From the NCBI RefSeq assembly GCF_963921235.1, contig NC_086097.1:221900001-221964000 (forward strand): 64,000 nt of DNA, in the 5' to 3' direction. The first letter of the stretch is position 1; the number at the start of each line of letters is the position of its first letter. The stretch is from Mobula hypostoma (Eukaryota). The position numbers were made by a program, and so were the translations under genes. The notes beneath the pieces were generated by a model. That model worked only from the letters and a program-made list of their open reading frames with translations, was not told where the DNA came from and ran no database searches. This document shows, piece after piece, positions 23,590 to 35,420 of this stretch.

Positions 23590-24100
23590 GCTCCTATGCT
23601 GGCGTTGGAGTGGGTCGAGAGGAAGGTTCACAAGAATGATCCTGGGAATGAAAGGGTTAACATACAAAGAGTGTTTAATTGCTCTGAGCCTGTTCTTGCT
23701 GGAGTGTAAAGAATGGGGGGTGGCGGGGAACATCTCATTGAAACCTATTGAATAATAGGTTGGATGTGGAGAGGATTTTTTCTATAATGAAGAAGTCTGG
23801 AACGAAAGGCCACAGGCTCAGTATGGAAGAACAGAGAAGAGGAGGAATTTCTGTAGCCAGAGGGTGACAAATCTGTGGAATTCGCTGCTACAGATGTTAT
23901 ATTTAAAGCGGAGGTTGATAGGTTCTTGATTAGTAAGGTCATCAAAGGTTATGGAGAGACTGGGAAATGGGGATGAGAGAGGTAATAAATAAGGGGAATG
24001 GGGATGAGAGACGTAATGAATCAGCCGTAATGGAACAGCAGAGTAAACTGATGGGCCAAATGGCCTAATTCTGTTCCTATGTCCCATGCTCTCATGGTCC
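23590..24100 (+). mobile_element. CR1 3' fragment, decayed
   Basis: aggaaggttcacaagaatgatcctggg… through the 3' UTR gatgggccaaatggcctaattctgttcctatg. Confidence 0.8.
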
Positions 24101-25455
24101 TCTTTCCACTTTTCATTCAACTTACAGCTATCAAGAACTCAGCCCTGAAACATTACGATTTGCTGTCACGTAACTGGTTAAATAGCCTTGGATTTTATGA
24201 GTGAGGAAATAATTGGCACTCGTGGTAAGATAAGAAAAAATTACCGTGGATCTGTCCTTGGTAGATTTGACGTGGGAGCGGTTGCTGCTGATACAAATAT
24301 GGAAAATGTGAAAACGTTTTTACATCCAGAATAGAATTTTTGGCTTTGGAAGTGTGAAGACAAAAATTGTCTTTTATATATTCTAAATACTTTCTCAAAA
24401 GTCATAAGATCAAGAGAATGCAGGGGCAACTTTCACCTTCTTCCTTTCATGGTAAGTGAGTGTCCCAATTCATTGTAAGTGGCAGGTCAGGTCAAATTGG
24501 GCAGACATTGGTCTTTGTAAGAAAGAGTGCGAAACAGCCTTCTATTTGGGACTGACTAAAAGTCTGGACAGGGCAACAGCACCATCAGGATAAAGATGCC
24601 TCTGAATGGTTCTTTCCATTTATGGTCTCCTCTTTGCCCCATTATAGCTCCTTGAATATTCTGATACATTCCAGTGATTGGCTTTCTTTGATCATCTGTA
24701 AGCCCTGATATCCTTCAATCCTTTTGAGTCTAAAGTATAAAATTAGTGCTTCACTCTAGGATAGTTTTAGAAGGGAATATCTGAAGTTGTGCTAATACTG
24801 TTTCCTGACAGTACCGTGGAATACTGTACACTACAACAACACTACTCCTGATGACAATACCTATGGTGATGTGCTGAGGGGAAAAAAATTGCCCCGATTT
24901 AACATTGTAAACTAGCTCTTGGCTTCATTGTGGTGCCTTTTGAAACCAAATCTTAAGGAAAGGATCAGTGGGCTGAAATTCTGAAGTTAGGGTAGTAAAT
25001 GGTGCATTGTAATTTCAAACTATTGCCTCAGCAATGCCAGGTTAAGAAGACTAAAATCAATAGTCAAGACCATTTCATCATTGAATGCAAGATCAACTGT
25101 GTAACAAGGGTGCTGTGGTTTCTTGTAAACAAATGCCAACTCCAATCCAGAGTAAGTGATGTTTGATTTCACAGCCTTTTGGCAAATTCCAAAACTACTT
25201 ATTCTCCCTCAAAACCCGTGCAATGGTACGGGACTTAGCTAATACATATGTGACAGTCCTATCATTATGAAACAACATTTTTATTATTATACAACCAAAT
25301 GTAATTATATTTTTCAGTATGAAGTGCTCTAAGTGTTAAAAAGGGCAATTGTTCTGCTTCATTAGCTGATAAAAGATAGCTGAAGTAATTAGTAGTTGTA
25401 ATTGTTTAAATATAAGTTTCTGGCAATGCAAAGCGAAGTAACAACTTTCAAGACA

Positions 25456-25660
25456 AGTTCTGATGAAGGGTCTCGGCCCGAAACTTCAACTCTTTAGTCC
25501 TCCCCATAGATCATGGATTCCCAACCTTTAATATGACGTGGACCCCTATAATTAACTGAGGGGTCCATGGGCCCCATATTGCCTGACCTGCCGCGTTCCC
25601 CCAGCATTTTGTCTGTGTTGCTCTGGATTTCCTGCATCTGCAGAATTTCTTGTGCTTACA
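25456..25660 (+). mobile_element. Penelope-like pLTR fragment with hammerhead core, interrupted by a MITE at 25512-25576
   Basis: agtt-CTGATGA-agggtctcggccc-GAAA-c-TTC-aact, then the same downstream sequence as other PLE ends. Confidence 0.8.
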
Positions 25661-26940
25661 ATTTTGAGATGATTAGAGCAAAGTAAAGGAGGGATGCCAG
25701 AGGTCGATTTTCTTTTACACAGAGTGGTGGGTGTGTAGAATGCATTGCCGGGGCGGTGGTAAAGGCAGATACATTATGGACATTTAAGAAACTGAGTTGC
25801 TCCAGGACTTGTGTGTGTTATTCTGGATTTCCAGCATTTGCAGAATCTCTGGTGTTTAACATTCAAACAATACATTTTGATATTGTTACTTCAATCAGTG
25901 TTTTGGTATTATTAGAAAAAATAAAATCAGCTACTTCCAATTTTTTCCAGTTTTCGAGGGTATTCAAATTTGAAGTTGCTCTCAGCATACTTCCAGCCTC
26001 CTGTTCTGTAAACAGTTGTAAAATAAAGTAATCTGGAACAAGTGCTGTTGCAAAGGAATTTTGGCCTTTGCTCTGCTGCTCAGACATTGTCTCTGATAGA
26101 TGAGTATTAGTTGAGAGTTTATTTAAAGCAGCAAACAATAAACTTACAAATTAAGACCCCACAGTGCATCCAGTCCCATGCCATTTTACAACACTGAGAA
26201 CTTCTCTTTGAAAAGCTGACTTAATGCACCATTAGTTCTTTTACAGCTGGATATGTTTACTGCAGGTTGTATCAACTTCAAGAGTTAAGGAGAGTTTTGA
26301 GTAAGAATTTTAAAGATGACACAGCTGTGTTTAAACAATATTTTAGTTCTGGTTATGGTTGTTTCACTGTTAATTTGTTAACATTAAACATGTCAGACTG
26401 TCAGTTTGCATTTACCAGTTTATTCTGCCTCACAATGGCTTACAATGTTTTGCCTCATCTGAAATTTTGTTACTAATCCATTCTGCTGCAACACTTTTCT
26501 TTCTCCCTAATATTCAAAGCTAGACTATCCTAGGTGAGCCCTTCAAGCGACATTTTATCAACAATCACCTTCGTACTTGTTATATCAATGCTTATTAAAT
26601 GGAAAGCTGGAGGTTTATGGCACACTCAAAATGTTTTTCTTATTATTACTTGGGGAAAATACATGCTTACTCCCAATAAAACATTGAATTTATAGCATTA
26701 ACATTTTGAAGTATGTTTAAAATGTTCCATTTACTTGTAGCCTCCAGTGTGGGCCTGGAAACTCTTAGCCAAAATAGATGGTAAATTTCTGTAGACTTAA
26801 GTTACACACACAACATAAAGAGATATAAAGTTCAAAATTCAATTTAAATTTATTATCAAAGTTCATACTGTATATGTCACCATATGCAACACAGAGATTC
26901 AGTTTTTTGTGGGCAATCACAGTAAATCCAAGAAACATAC

Positions 26941-27588
26941 GGAGGGAGGAGAAGATGGCAGCGCGACGCAGAGCGCGCAGCCGTTCTGAATGAATATCGT
27001 ATGTGTAACTAGAGGGGCCGTGCACAATCTGGATTCGATGGAGACAGCTGTGAGAGTATGGAGGAACACCTGGAATAACTTCTGAAATGCCTGCTTCGCT
27101 GCCGCTGCTACTGTTCAATCGAGAATCTCCGGAAATGAAGGCCCCAAATCCTCGGCTTTGCCTATTGCTTGTTGCCGGGGCCGGGGTCGAAGTGCTCGGC
27201 AGAGATGGTGCTCGGTACTCGGTGTCAGAGAGGTGGTCGGAGGCTCGGAGTTATTCGGACAGACTCGGAGTCGGACTGTGGTCGGATGCTTCCAGGATGC
27301 TGCATCGGCAAGCTGGCGGCGCTGGAGGTTCACCGTCTGCGTGAGATGATGGGACTTTCAAGAGACTTTGAGACTTTACCGAGCCATGGTCTGTTCTTAT
27401 CAAATTACGGTATTGCTTTGCACTGTTGTAACTATATGTTATAATTATGTGGTTTTTGCCCGTCTTTAAGTCGGTTTGTCATGTGTTTTCGTGATATCAT
27501 TCTGGAAAAACATTGTATCATTTCTTAATGCATGCATTACTAAATGACAATAAAAGGGGACTACGTGTCCTCATAATCTAAATAATCT
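26941..27588 (+). mobile_element. Non-autonomous Rex1/Babar-related retroelement, copy 2, nested in a Rex1 3' UTR
   Basis: 5' GGAGAAGATGGCAGCG, CpG-rich, AATAAA and taatct tail; homologous to 20993-21678. Confidence 0.7.
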
Positions 27589-27589
27589 G

Positions 27590-29140
27590 AAAAAAACCAC
27601 AATAGAATCAATGAAAGACCACACTCAACAGAGTGGACAACAACCAATGTGCAAAAAAAAGACTATGCAAGTACAAACTAAAGACAAAAAAAAATAATAA
27701 ATAAGCCATAAATATCAAGAACTCGAGATGAAGAATCCTTGAAAGTGAGTCCAGTTCAGTGTTGGGGTGAGTGAAGTTGTGAAATTATCCCCTCTGGTTC
27801 AAGAGCCTGATGGTTGAGAGGTAATGACTGTGCCTGAACCTATTCTCAAGGCTCCTGTACCTTCTTCCCTGATGGCAGCAGTGAGAAGAGAGCATGGCCT
27901 GGATGGTGGGGGTCCTTGATGATAAATGCTGCTTTCCTGCAACAGTGCTCCATGTAGATGTGCTCACTGGTGGGGAGGGCTTTACATGTAATGCATTGGG
28001 GTATATCCAATACTTTCTGTATACCTTTCCATACAAGGGCATTGGTGTTTCCATAACTGCACTATGATACAACCAGTCAATATACTCTCCACCACATATA
28101 TATGTAGAAGTTTGTCAATGTTTTAGATGGCGTGCTGAATCTACAGAAGCTTTTAAGAAAGTAGAGGCATTGCCGTGCTTTCTTTATAATAGCACTTACA
28201 TGCTGGACCCAGGACAGATCCTTTGAAATGATAACACCGAGGAATTTAAAGTTGCTGATCCCCTCCACTTGTGATCTGCCGATGAGTGTTGGCTCATGTG
28301 CCCCTGGTTTTCTCCTTCTGAAGTCAGCAATCATCTCCTATATGTTCAGTCTCCCTCCTATATCATCACCACCTTTGATCTGGCCAGTGACAACAGTGTG
28401 ATGGGCAAACTTAAATATGGTATTGAAGCAACACTTGACCTCACAGTCATGAGTATAAAATAAACAGAAAAGAGGGCTGAACACACAGCCCTGTGGTGCA
28501 ATCCTGTGCTGATGGAGACCGTGGAGAGATGTTGTTGCCAATCCTAACTGACTGTGGTCTGCAAGTGAGGAAATTGAGGATCCAATTGCACAAGGAGGAA
28601 TTGAGGCCTAGGACTTGATGTTTATTGATATGTTTTGAGGGGATGGTAGCATTGAATGCCGGGCTGTAGTCAGTGAAGAGCATCCTGATGTATGCACCTT
28701 TGCTGTCCAAATATTTCAGGATTGAGTGAAGAGCCTATGAAATGACATCTGCTGTTGATGTGTTGTGATGGTAGGCAAATTGGAACAGATCCAAGTTACT
28801 TCTCAGGCAGGAGTTGATATGTTACATCTCTGACCTCTCCAAGCACTTCAAAACAGTGCTATTGGATGATAGTCACTGAGGCAGATTGCCATGTTCTTCT
28901 TAGGCTCCAGAATAATTGAAGCAGGTGGGTACCTCAGAGTGCTAAAGCAAGAGGTTAAAGATATCGGTGAACACTCCAGCCAGTTGATCAGCACAGATCT
29001 ATGGTACTCAGCCAGGAACCCTGTCTGCACCCGATGCTCTCCATGGGATAACCCTCCTGAGAATACTCACACATTGGCCTCAGAGACTGAAATCACAAGG
29101 TCATCAGGGGCTGTGGAAGTTCATGAAGGTGTCTCCATAT
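27590..29140 (-). mobile_element. Rex1/Babar LINE, decayed (its 3' tail is at about 26828-26940)
   Basis: [53 protein letters not shown]…KARQCLYFL. Confidence 0.9.
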
Positions 29141-29547
29141 TCTTACCCTTGGCTATTAAGATCTATAATGAGTCAACCTATAGCCAGGGAAGTGATGACC
29201 CCCTTGTGTTAGACTGTTATTCACCTCTGTTTAAGCTCTGTTTAGCTCTGGTTTTCACACCCTGTGCAATACTGTGCAATACTCCTCTCACTTCTTATCT
29301 GGACGGTGTGAATATGCACCTATTACTGTATAATATTATTGTAATTTATCCACTACCATCTTATCAATGTGAACTGGAAACTTATACATTTTGTAATCTT
29401 TGACTTGTAAATGTTGTACATTTTATTTTTAAGGTAACTTTTTAAAATTCTTTTTTACTTCTGTTCTAATATTTGTATATCTGTGTACATGTAGTGCTTC
29501 TATGACACTGTAATTTCCTTTGGGATCAAGAAAGTATCTATCTATCT
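29140..29547 (+). mobile_element. Rex1/Babar 3' end with (TCTA)n tail
   Basis: FLPLAIKIYN matches 18490-18565; ends aatttcctttgggatcaagaaagtatctatctatct. Confidence 0.75.
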
Positions 29548-29789
29548 AAAAATAGTTTTTATTATTATGACTGCAAAGTACTGCTGTGACAAAACAGCAA
29601 ATGTCACGACATATGCCAGTGATATTAATCCTGATTTTGATTCTGGTTCTGATCTAGAGATCTGGCTAAATCAGAAGGACATGCTTTTTGTGTTACAGTT
29701 GGGATCTTAGAGTGATAATTCAGAATCAGTCAGCAGAGAAACAGGTCCTCCATGCTGATCGTTTTGCCAATCCCATTCATCCAAATTGC

Positions 29790-31050
29790 AAGAAAACACA
29801 AGAAAATATGCAAAGGAGTAGGTCACCAGGTCTCTCAAGCCTGTCGTGACATTCAATATAATCATAGCTGCTCCATTTTGTCCTCAACACCTCTTCTGTG
29901 CCAGTTCCCTTTAACACTCAGCTCCTCAATCTTTCAAATGTTTGTCTTCCTCCACCTTAAATATATCTAATAACCTCTCCTCTACAACACTTGCGGGTTG
30001 CAAATTTCAGAGCTTCACTACGCTCTGAGAGAAGAATTTCTATGCCTCTCAGTTTTAAAGGGCTAGCCTCTTACTTAGCAGCTCTTCATCCTTGTCTGTG
30101 ATTCAGAATCAGAATCCAGTTTAATATCACAGGGATATATCGTGAAATTTATAGTTTTGCAGCAGCAGTACGTTACAATACATGAAAAAAACTAAGTTAC
30201 AATAAGAAATATATATGTATAAATTTAATTAAATAATTAGTGCAAAAAAAGTGAGGTAGTGTTCATGGGTTGGTTTACTGTATTGTCCCTTCAGGAATCG
30301 TATCTTTCCTTCACTGGAGTGACCAAAACTACACTCAATATTCCAGCTGCAGTCTATTCAATGTTTTGTAATAATGCAACATGACATCCCAACTCTAATA
30401 TTCTGTGCCTCATCCTACAAAGGGAAGGATACAATGTGCCTTCTTCACTACCCTGTCTATCTGTGTTGCCACTTTCAGGGAACTATGGACTTATACTCCA
30501 AAGTTTCTTTATTCATCAACATTCCTTAGCACTCTACCAATTACTAGTTTATCCTTATTTGACTTCTCAAGATGCATCACCTCACACTTGCTGGAATTAA
30601 ATCTGCCGGTACTCAGCCCGAATTTCCATTTGATCCATTTCTTGCTGTAGCCTGAGACAACACCGCTAATTCTTGTGTCTTCGATAAAGTTACTGATCTT
30701 TCCTCCTATATTCACATCTACATTGTTAATATATATCACAAATGACAAAGTCCCCAGTAAATTACCACCGCTTTACAGCACTGGTCAGAGGCTTTCAATC
30801 AGAAAAGCATTCCTCCACCATTATCCGCTGCTTTCCATGGTCCAAAAATTTTAGGTCCAATTATCCCATTTGCCTTTGATCCTTTATGCCTGAATATTTT
30901 AGACTGACTAAGTGCAGGACCTGATCAAATGTTGTAATAAAGTCCATATACTGTAGATAACGTCTAATCTCATGACCTTTATAAATCTTCTTTGCAAGCT
31001 TCGTAAAAGTTGTAATCTAATTAGCGAAGTCTTGTCAGGAATCATTGCCT
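29790..31050 (-). mobile_element. Old CR1 fragments with a Rex1-type tail piece (about 30103-30280) inserted
   Basis: FVIYINNVD…ISNFIEDT…FNSSKCEVMHL; CR1 3' UTR near 29795-29860. Confidence 0.6.
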
Positions 31051-31159
31051 TTGCAGAAGTTTCGGCAACTTATTGATGTTAGACAAAATGAATAGATTTG
31101 CATGAACACCTTCTTCAGCAACGGGGGTGGGCTGTGGAAGTCAGGAAGTGAATGATCTT

Positions 31160-31932
31160 CAATGACCTGTGTCTCTTTGGAAACACAGGGAAAGTTGCTC
31201 AAAATACTTTGCTGAAGCTTTCAGTCTTCCCTAACCAGAAGCCCTGGATGAACTCTGAGACCAGCAATCTGCTGAGGGCCAGATCAGTGGCATTTAGATC
31301 TGGTGACCAAGTTAGATCCTGTGGGTCCAGGTACGATCTCCAGAAAGCCATCTCATGTACAAAGTTGCAATTCTGGACCAAATTTGAATCATGGAAGGAT
31401 GCTCAACAGCTGCAGCAGGGCTTGAAAGCTATCACTTCCTACAAAGTGAAACAAGTGACATCAGAGACAACAAAGCTTCACTCCCTGATGAGCTTAATGC
31501 CTTTTATACTTGATGTATTTAATTTACTAAATTAACTCAATAGTGCAGAAAGAGAAGGGAAGAGTACTCATGTAGTGTTCATGGATTCATTGTCCATTCA
31601 GAAATCTGATGGCAGAGAGGAGGAAGTTGTTCTTGAAAGGTTGAGTGTGTGCTCCTGTACCTCCTCCTTGATGGCAAGAATGAGAAGAGGGGGTGTCTTG
31701 GCTAATGGAGATCCTTAATGACGGATGCTGCATTTTTGAATCATTGCCTTTTGAAGATGTCCAGGATGGTGGGGAGGCTAGTGGCCATGATGGAGCTGGA
31801 TAAGTTTACAACTTGCTGCAACTTTTTCCAATTCTGTGTATATCTATAGAAATTTGCAAGTGTCTTTGGTGAGGTGCCATTCACCTCAAAATCCTAATGA
31901 AATATAGCCACTGTCATGCCTTGTTATTGCAT
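31160..31932. mobile_element. Rex1/Babar fragments in opposite orientations (about 31200-31510 +, 31560-31932 -)
   Basis: VFPNQKPWMNSE…LLRARSVAFRSGD on +; Rex1 3' coding region antisense after 31560. Confidence 0.7.
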
Positions 31933-32962
31933 TAAAAAGGAGCCTTTTTTTGGTTGTCAGTAGGTGACTAGTGGTGTTCCACAGAGGTCTATTTTGGGAC
32001 CAATTTTTTTCATGTTATATGTCAATGATTTGGATGATGGAATTGATGGCTCTGTTGCAAAGTTTGCAGACAATACGAAGATTGTTGGAGGGAGAGATAG
32101 TTCTGACGAAGTAGAAAGAGACAGATTAGGAGAATGGGCAAAGAAGTGGCAGATGGAATACAGTGTTGGGAACTGTATGGTTGTGCACTTTGGTAAAATA
32201 AATGAAGGGCTGACTATTTTCTAAATGGACAAAAATTTAAAAAACTAAGGTGTAAAGGGATTTGGGAGTCCTTGTGCAGGATTCCTTAAAGATTAGTTTG
32301 CAGGTTGAGTCTGTGGTGAGGAAGGCAAATGTAATGTTAGCATTCATTTCAAGAGGAATAGAATTTAAATGCAAGGATGTAATGTTGAGACTTTATAAAG
32401 TGCTGGCGAGGCTTCACCTAGAGTATTGTGAGCAGTTTTGGGCCCCTTATCTTAGAAAGAATGCGCTGACACTGGAGATGGTTCAAAGGAGGCTCACAAA
32501 AATAATTCCAGGATTGAATGGTTTGTCATTTGAAAAGCGTTTGATGGCTCTGGGCCTGTATTCACTAGAATTCAGAAGAGTGAGGGGTGACCTCATTGAA
32601 ACTTATCGAATGGTGAAAGGTATTGATGGAGTGGGTGAGGAGGGATGTTTTAGGAAAAACTTCTTCACACAGAGAGTGGTGAATCTGTGGAATTCTCTGC
32701 CACAGGAAACAGTTGAGGCCAGTTCATTGGCTATATTTAAGAGGGAGTTAGTTATGGCCCTTGTGGCTACGGGGATCAGGGGGTATGGAGGGAAGGCTGG
32801 GGCAGGGTTCTGAGTTGGATGATCAGCCATGATCATAATAAATGGTGGTGCAGGCTCGAAGGGCCAAATGGCCTACTCCTGCACCTATTTTCTATGTTTC
32901 TATGTTTCTATGGTGGGAGAGTCTAAGACCAGAGGACACAGCCTCAGAATAGAGGGGCATCT
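31933..32962 (+). mobile_element. CR1 RT/C-terminal fragment hosting a young CR1 3' end
   Basis: TSGVPQRSILGP…FADNTK; …GDLIETYRMVKG; resumes as MVGESKTRGHSLRIEG after 32912. Confidence 0.9.
32650..32912 (+). mobile_element. Young CR1 (family A), severely 5'-truncated
   Basis: Near-identical to 63175-63437 including the (TTTCTATG)n tail. Confidence 0.93.
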
Positions 32963-32999
32963 ATTCTCTATTCCTCCTCCTCCCTCAACATACATTCTT

Positions 33000-33370
33000 T
33001 GTCCTCACCACTGAAACTGTGGTCTTTAGTCTCTGCCTATACAACCAAGGAAATCAGTCTTTCCCAAGTATGGGCATGGGACGGCATGGCAAGTTTTCTT
33101 GATGGTGGTATAACTATAGTTAAGTGTGTTTGCTCTTCCTGTGTCATAGGTGATATATTGCCAGTAGTTGTCCACAGACTTATGCAAGCTGGCCTGGTTT
33201 AAATCTCCTGCAATGGTAGGGAAGGCATCAGGCCTGTTAGTCATGGTGCTCAGCTCCTCCAGAACCTGCCTGACGTTGGCCTGAGGTGGAATGTACACCA
33301 TTACCAGGATAATGGCAGGAAACTCCCTTGGCAAATAAAAATGGATGACATTAGACTGTTAGATGATTAA
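33000..33370 (-). mobile_element. Rex1/Babar endonuclease-region fragment
   Basis: PREFPAIILVMVYIPPQAN…IAGDLNQA…PYLGKTD. Confidence 0.8.
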
Positions 33371-33449
33371 GGTTGGGTGAGCAGGACTGAGACAGGAGCT
33401 GTGATGAGAAATACAGCTACAACACTGACATACTCACAAGTGGACAATT

Positions 33450-34620
33450 GGCAACACATACAAAATGCTGGAGGAACTCCGCAGGCCAGGCAGCATCTAT
33501 GGGAATGAGTACGTTTCAGGCCGAGACTCTTCATCAGGACTGGAAAAAAAGATGAGGAGTCAGAGTAAGAAAGTGGGGGGAAGGGGAGTAAGAAACACAA
33601 GGAGGGGGAGGGGTGAAGTAAAGATCTGGGAAGTTGATTGGAGAAAAGGTCAGAGAGGGAAATTGAATTGAATTGACTTTATTTCTTATATCCTTCACAT
33701 ACATGAGGAATAAAAAAAATTATGTTACGTCTCTGTCTAAGCGTGCAATATGCAATCATAGTAATTTACAATAACTTATAATAAATAGAACAGTCAATGT
33801 AGCATAGAAATACACTCAAATCAGCATGAGTTAATCAGTCTGATGGCCTGGTGGAAGAAGCTGTCTCAGAGCCTGTTGGTCCTGACTTTTATGCTGCGGT
33901 ACCATTTCCCGGATGGTAGCAGCTGGAGTAGGTGGTGATTGGGGTGACTGGCGTCACCTATGATTCTACGGGCCCTTTTTACACACTTGTCTTTGTAAAT
34001 GTCCTGAATCATGGGAAGTTCACAACTACAGATGCGCTGGGCTGTCCGCACCACTCTCTGCAGAATCCTGCGATTAAGGGAGGTACAGTTCCCATATCAG
34101 GCAGTGCTGCAGCCAGTCAGAATGCTTTCAATTGTGCCCCTGTAGAAAGTTCTTGGGATTTGGGGGCCCATACCAAACTTCCTCAACCGTCTGAGGTGAA
34201 GGAAGCACGGTTGTGTCTTTCTCACCATACAGCTGGTGTGTGCAGACCACGTGAGGTCCTTGATGATGTGGATGCTGAGGAACTTGAAGCTGTTTACCCG
34301 CTCAACACCCGATCCATTGATGTACTGATGTCAATAGGGGTTAGCCCGTCTCCATTCCTCCTGTAATCCACAACCAGCATGGGAATGGGGAAAGATGGAA
34401 GAAGTGGGGGGGGGGGGCGGGGGGGTTTCATTACTGGAAGCTCAAGAAAATGTCATATCATCAGATTGGAGGCTACCCTGACAGAATATGAGGTTTTGCT
34501 CCTCCAACCTAAGTATGCCCTCATCACAACAGTAGTGGAAGCCAAAGACTCACGTGTTGGAATGAGAATGGGAAGTGGAATTAAAATGGGTGGCCACTGG
34601 GAGATCCTGCTTTTTCTGGT
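33450..34620 (-). mobile_element. Penelope-like 3' fragment (33450-33660 and 34379-34620) split by a Rex1 insertion
   Basis: pLTR end matches the other PLE copies; 34460-34620 antisense resembles the GIY-YIG C-terminus (ccagtggccacccattttaattcc, ggttggaggagcaaaacctcatattc). Confidence 0.75.
33661..34378 (-). mobile_element. Rex1/Babar 3' fragment with (TCAAT)n tail
   Basis: VRTAQRICSCELP…HPNHHLLQLLPSGKWYRSI; tail aattgaattgaattga at 33661. Confidence 0.9.
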
Positions 34621-35420
34621 GGATTTATTGTTTTGAATTTGTTGGTCTTTTATTACGTACTTTTAATCATTTTTTATGTTAACCATTTGATCCAATATTG
34701 CCGCAAAGAACTCCTGTTTCTGGGAAGAGGTCTAACTCTGGGCCAGGCATTAGATGCTTCCTTGTCGACATCTAGTCTGCTCAGATCATAGGGGTGTCTT
34801 CCATGGAGGGTCATGCTCTTCCATTGCTTAACTTTCTCTTCTATGATGATAATTTCTTCATTTTTCTGGGTTGTATTCTCATTTAAGTTTAGTGATATGT
34901 ACTTAATCAGAATTGCATATGTTTGTGTGGAGTATTGAATCCTGTTTCATTGATTAAAATATATTGCTAGAAGTTTTATCTGTCTGCTGTGTAATTCTTT
35001 TATGTCTGTTATTCCTCTTCCTCCCTCTGTCCCAGGTAGTGTTAATCTAGGTGTCTTTAAGTGAACATAGTGTTTTCTAAAATTTGTCATTTGAGATCTT
35101 ATTTTTCCTTGTAAAATTTCCAGATCAGTTTCAGACCAAGATAGTATCCCTAAAGAATATATTGATACTGGGATAACAAAAGTGTTTACAGCCCTTGTTA
35201 TATTTTTACTATTAGCTCTGTTTGGCAGATTTTCTTAAGCTTTGAAGTAAATTCTGTCCAAAGTTTTCCCTTTATTGCACTATGATCTATTTTTTTTGTT
35301 TGTTTGTATCCCAGATACTTAACTGTTTCATATTTATCCATCAGCTGTTTTGTATCCTGCTCCTCTGTTTTATATTCTGCTAGCTCTATTACACCTTTCT
35401 TTATGTTTAATGTCCTGCAC

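Noticed and set aside
25863..26138. 91-aa ORF in unique sequence (and similar short ORFs at 46241-46525 and 47744-47962)
   Set aside because: No recognisable homology or splice context; length is compatible with chance.
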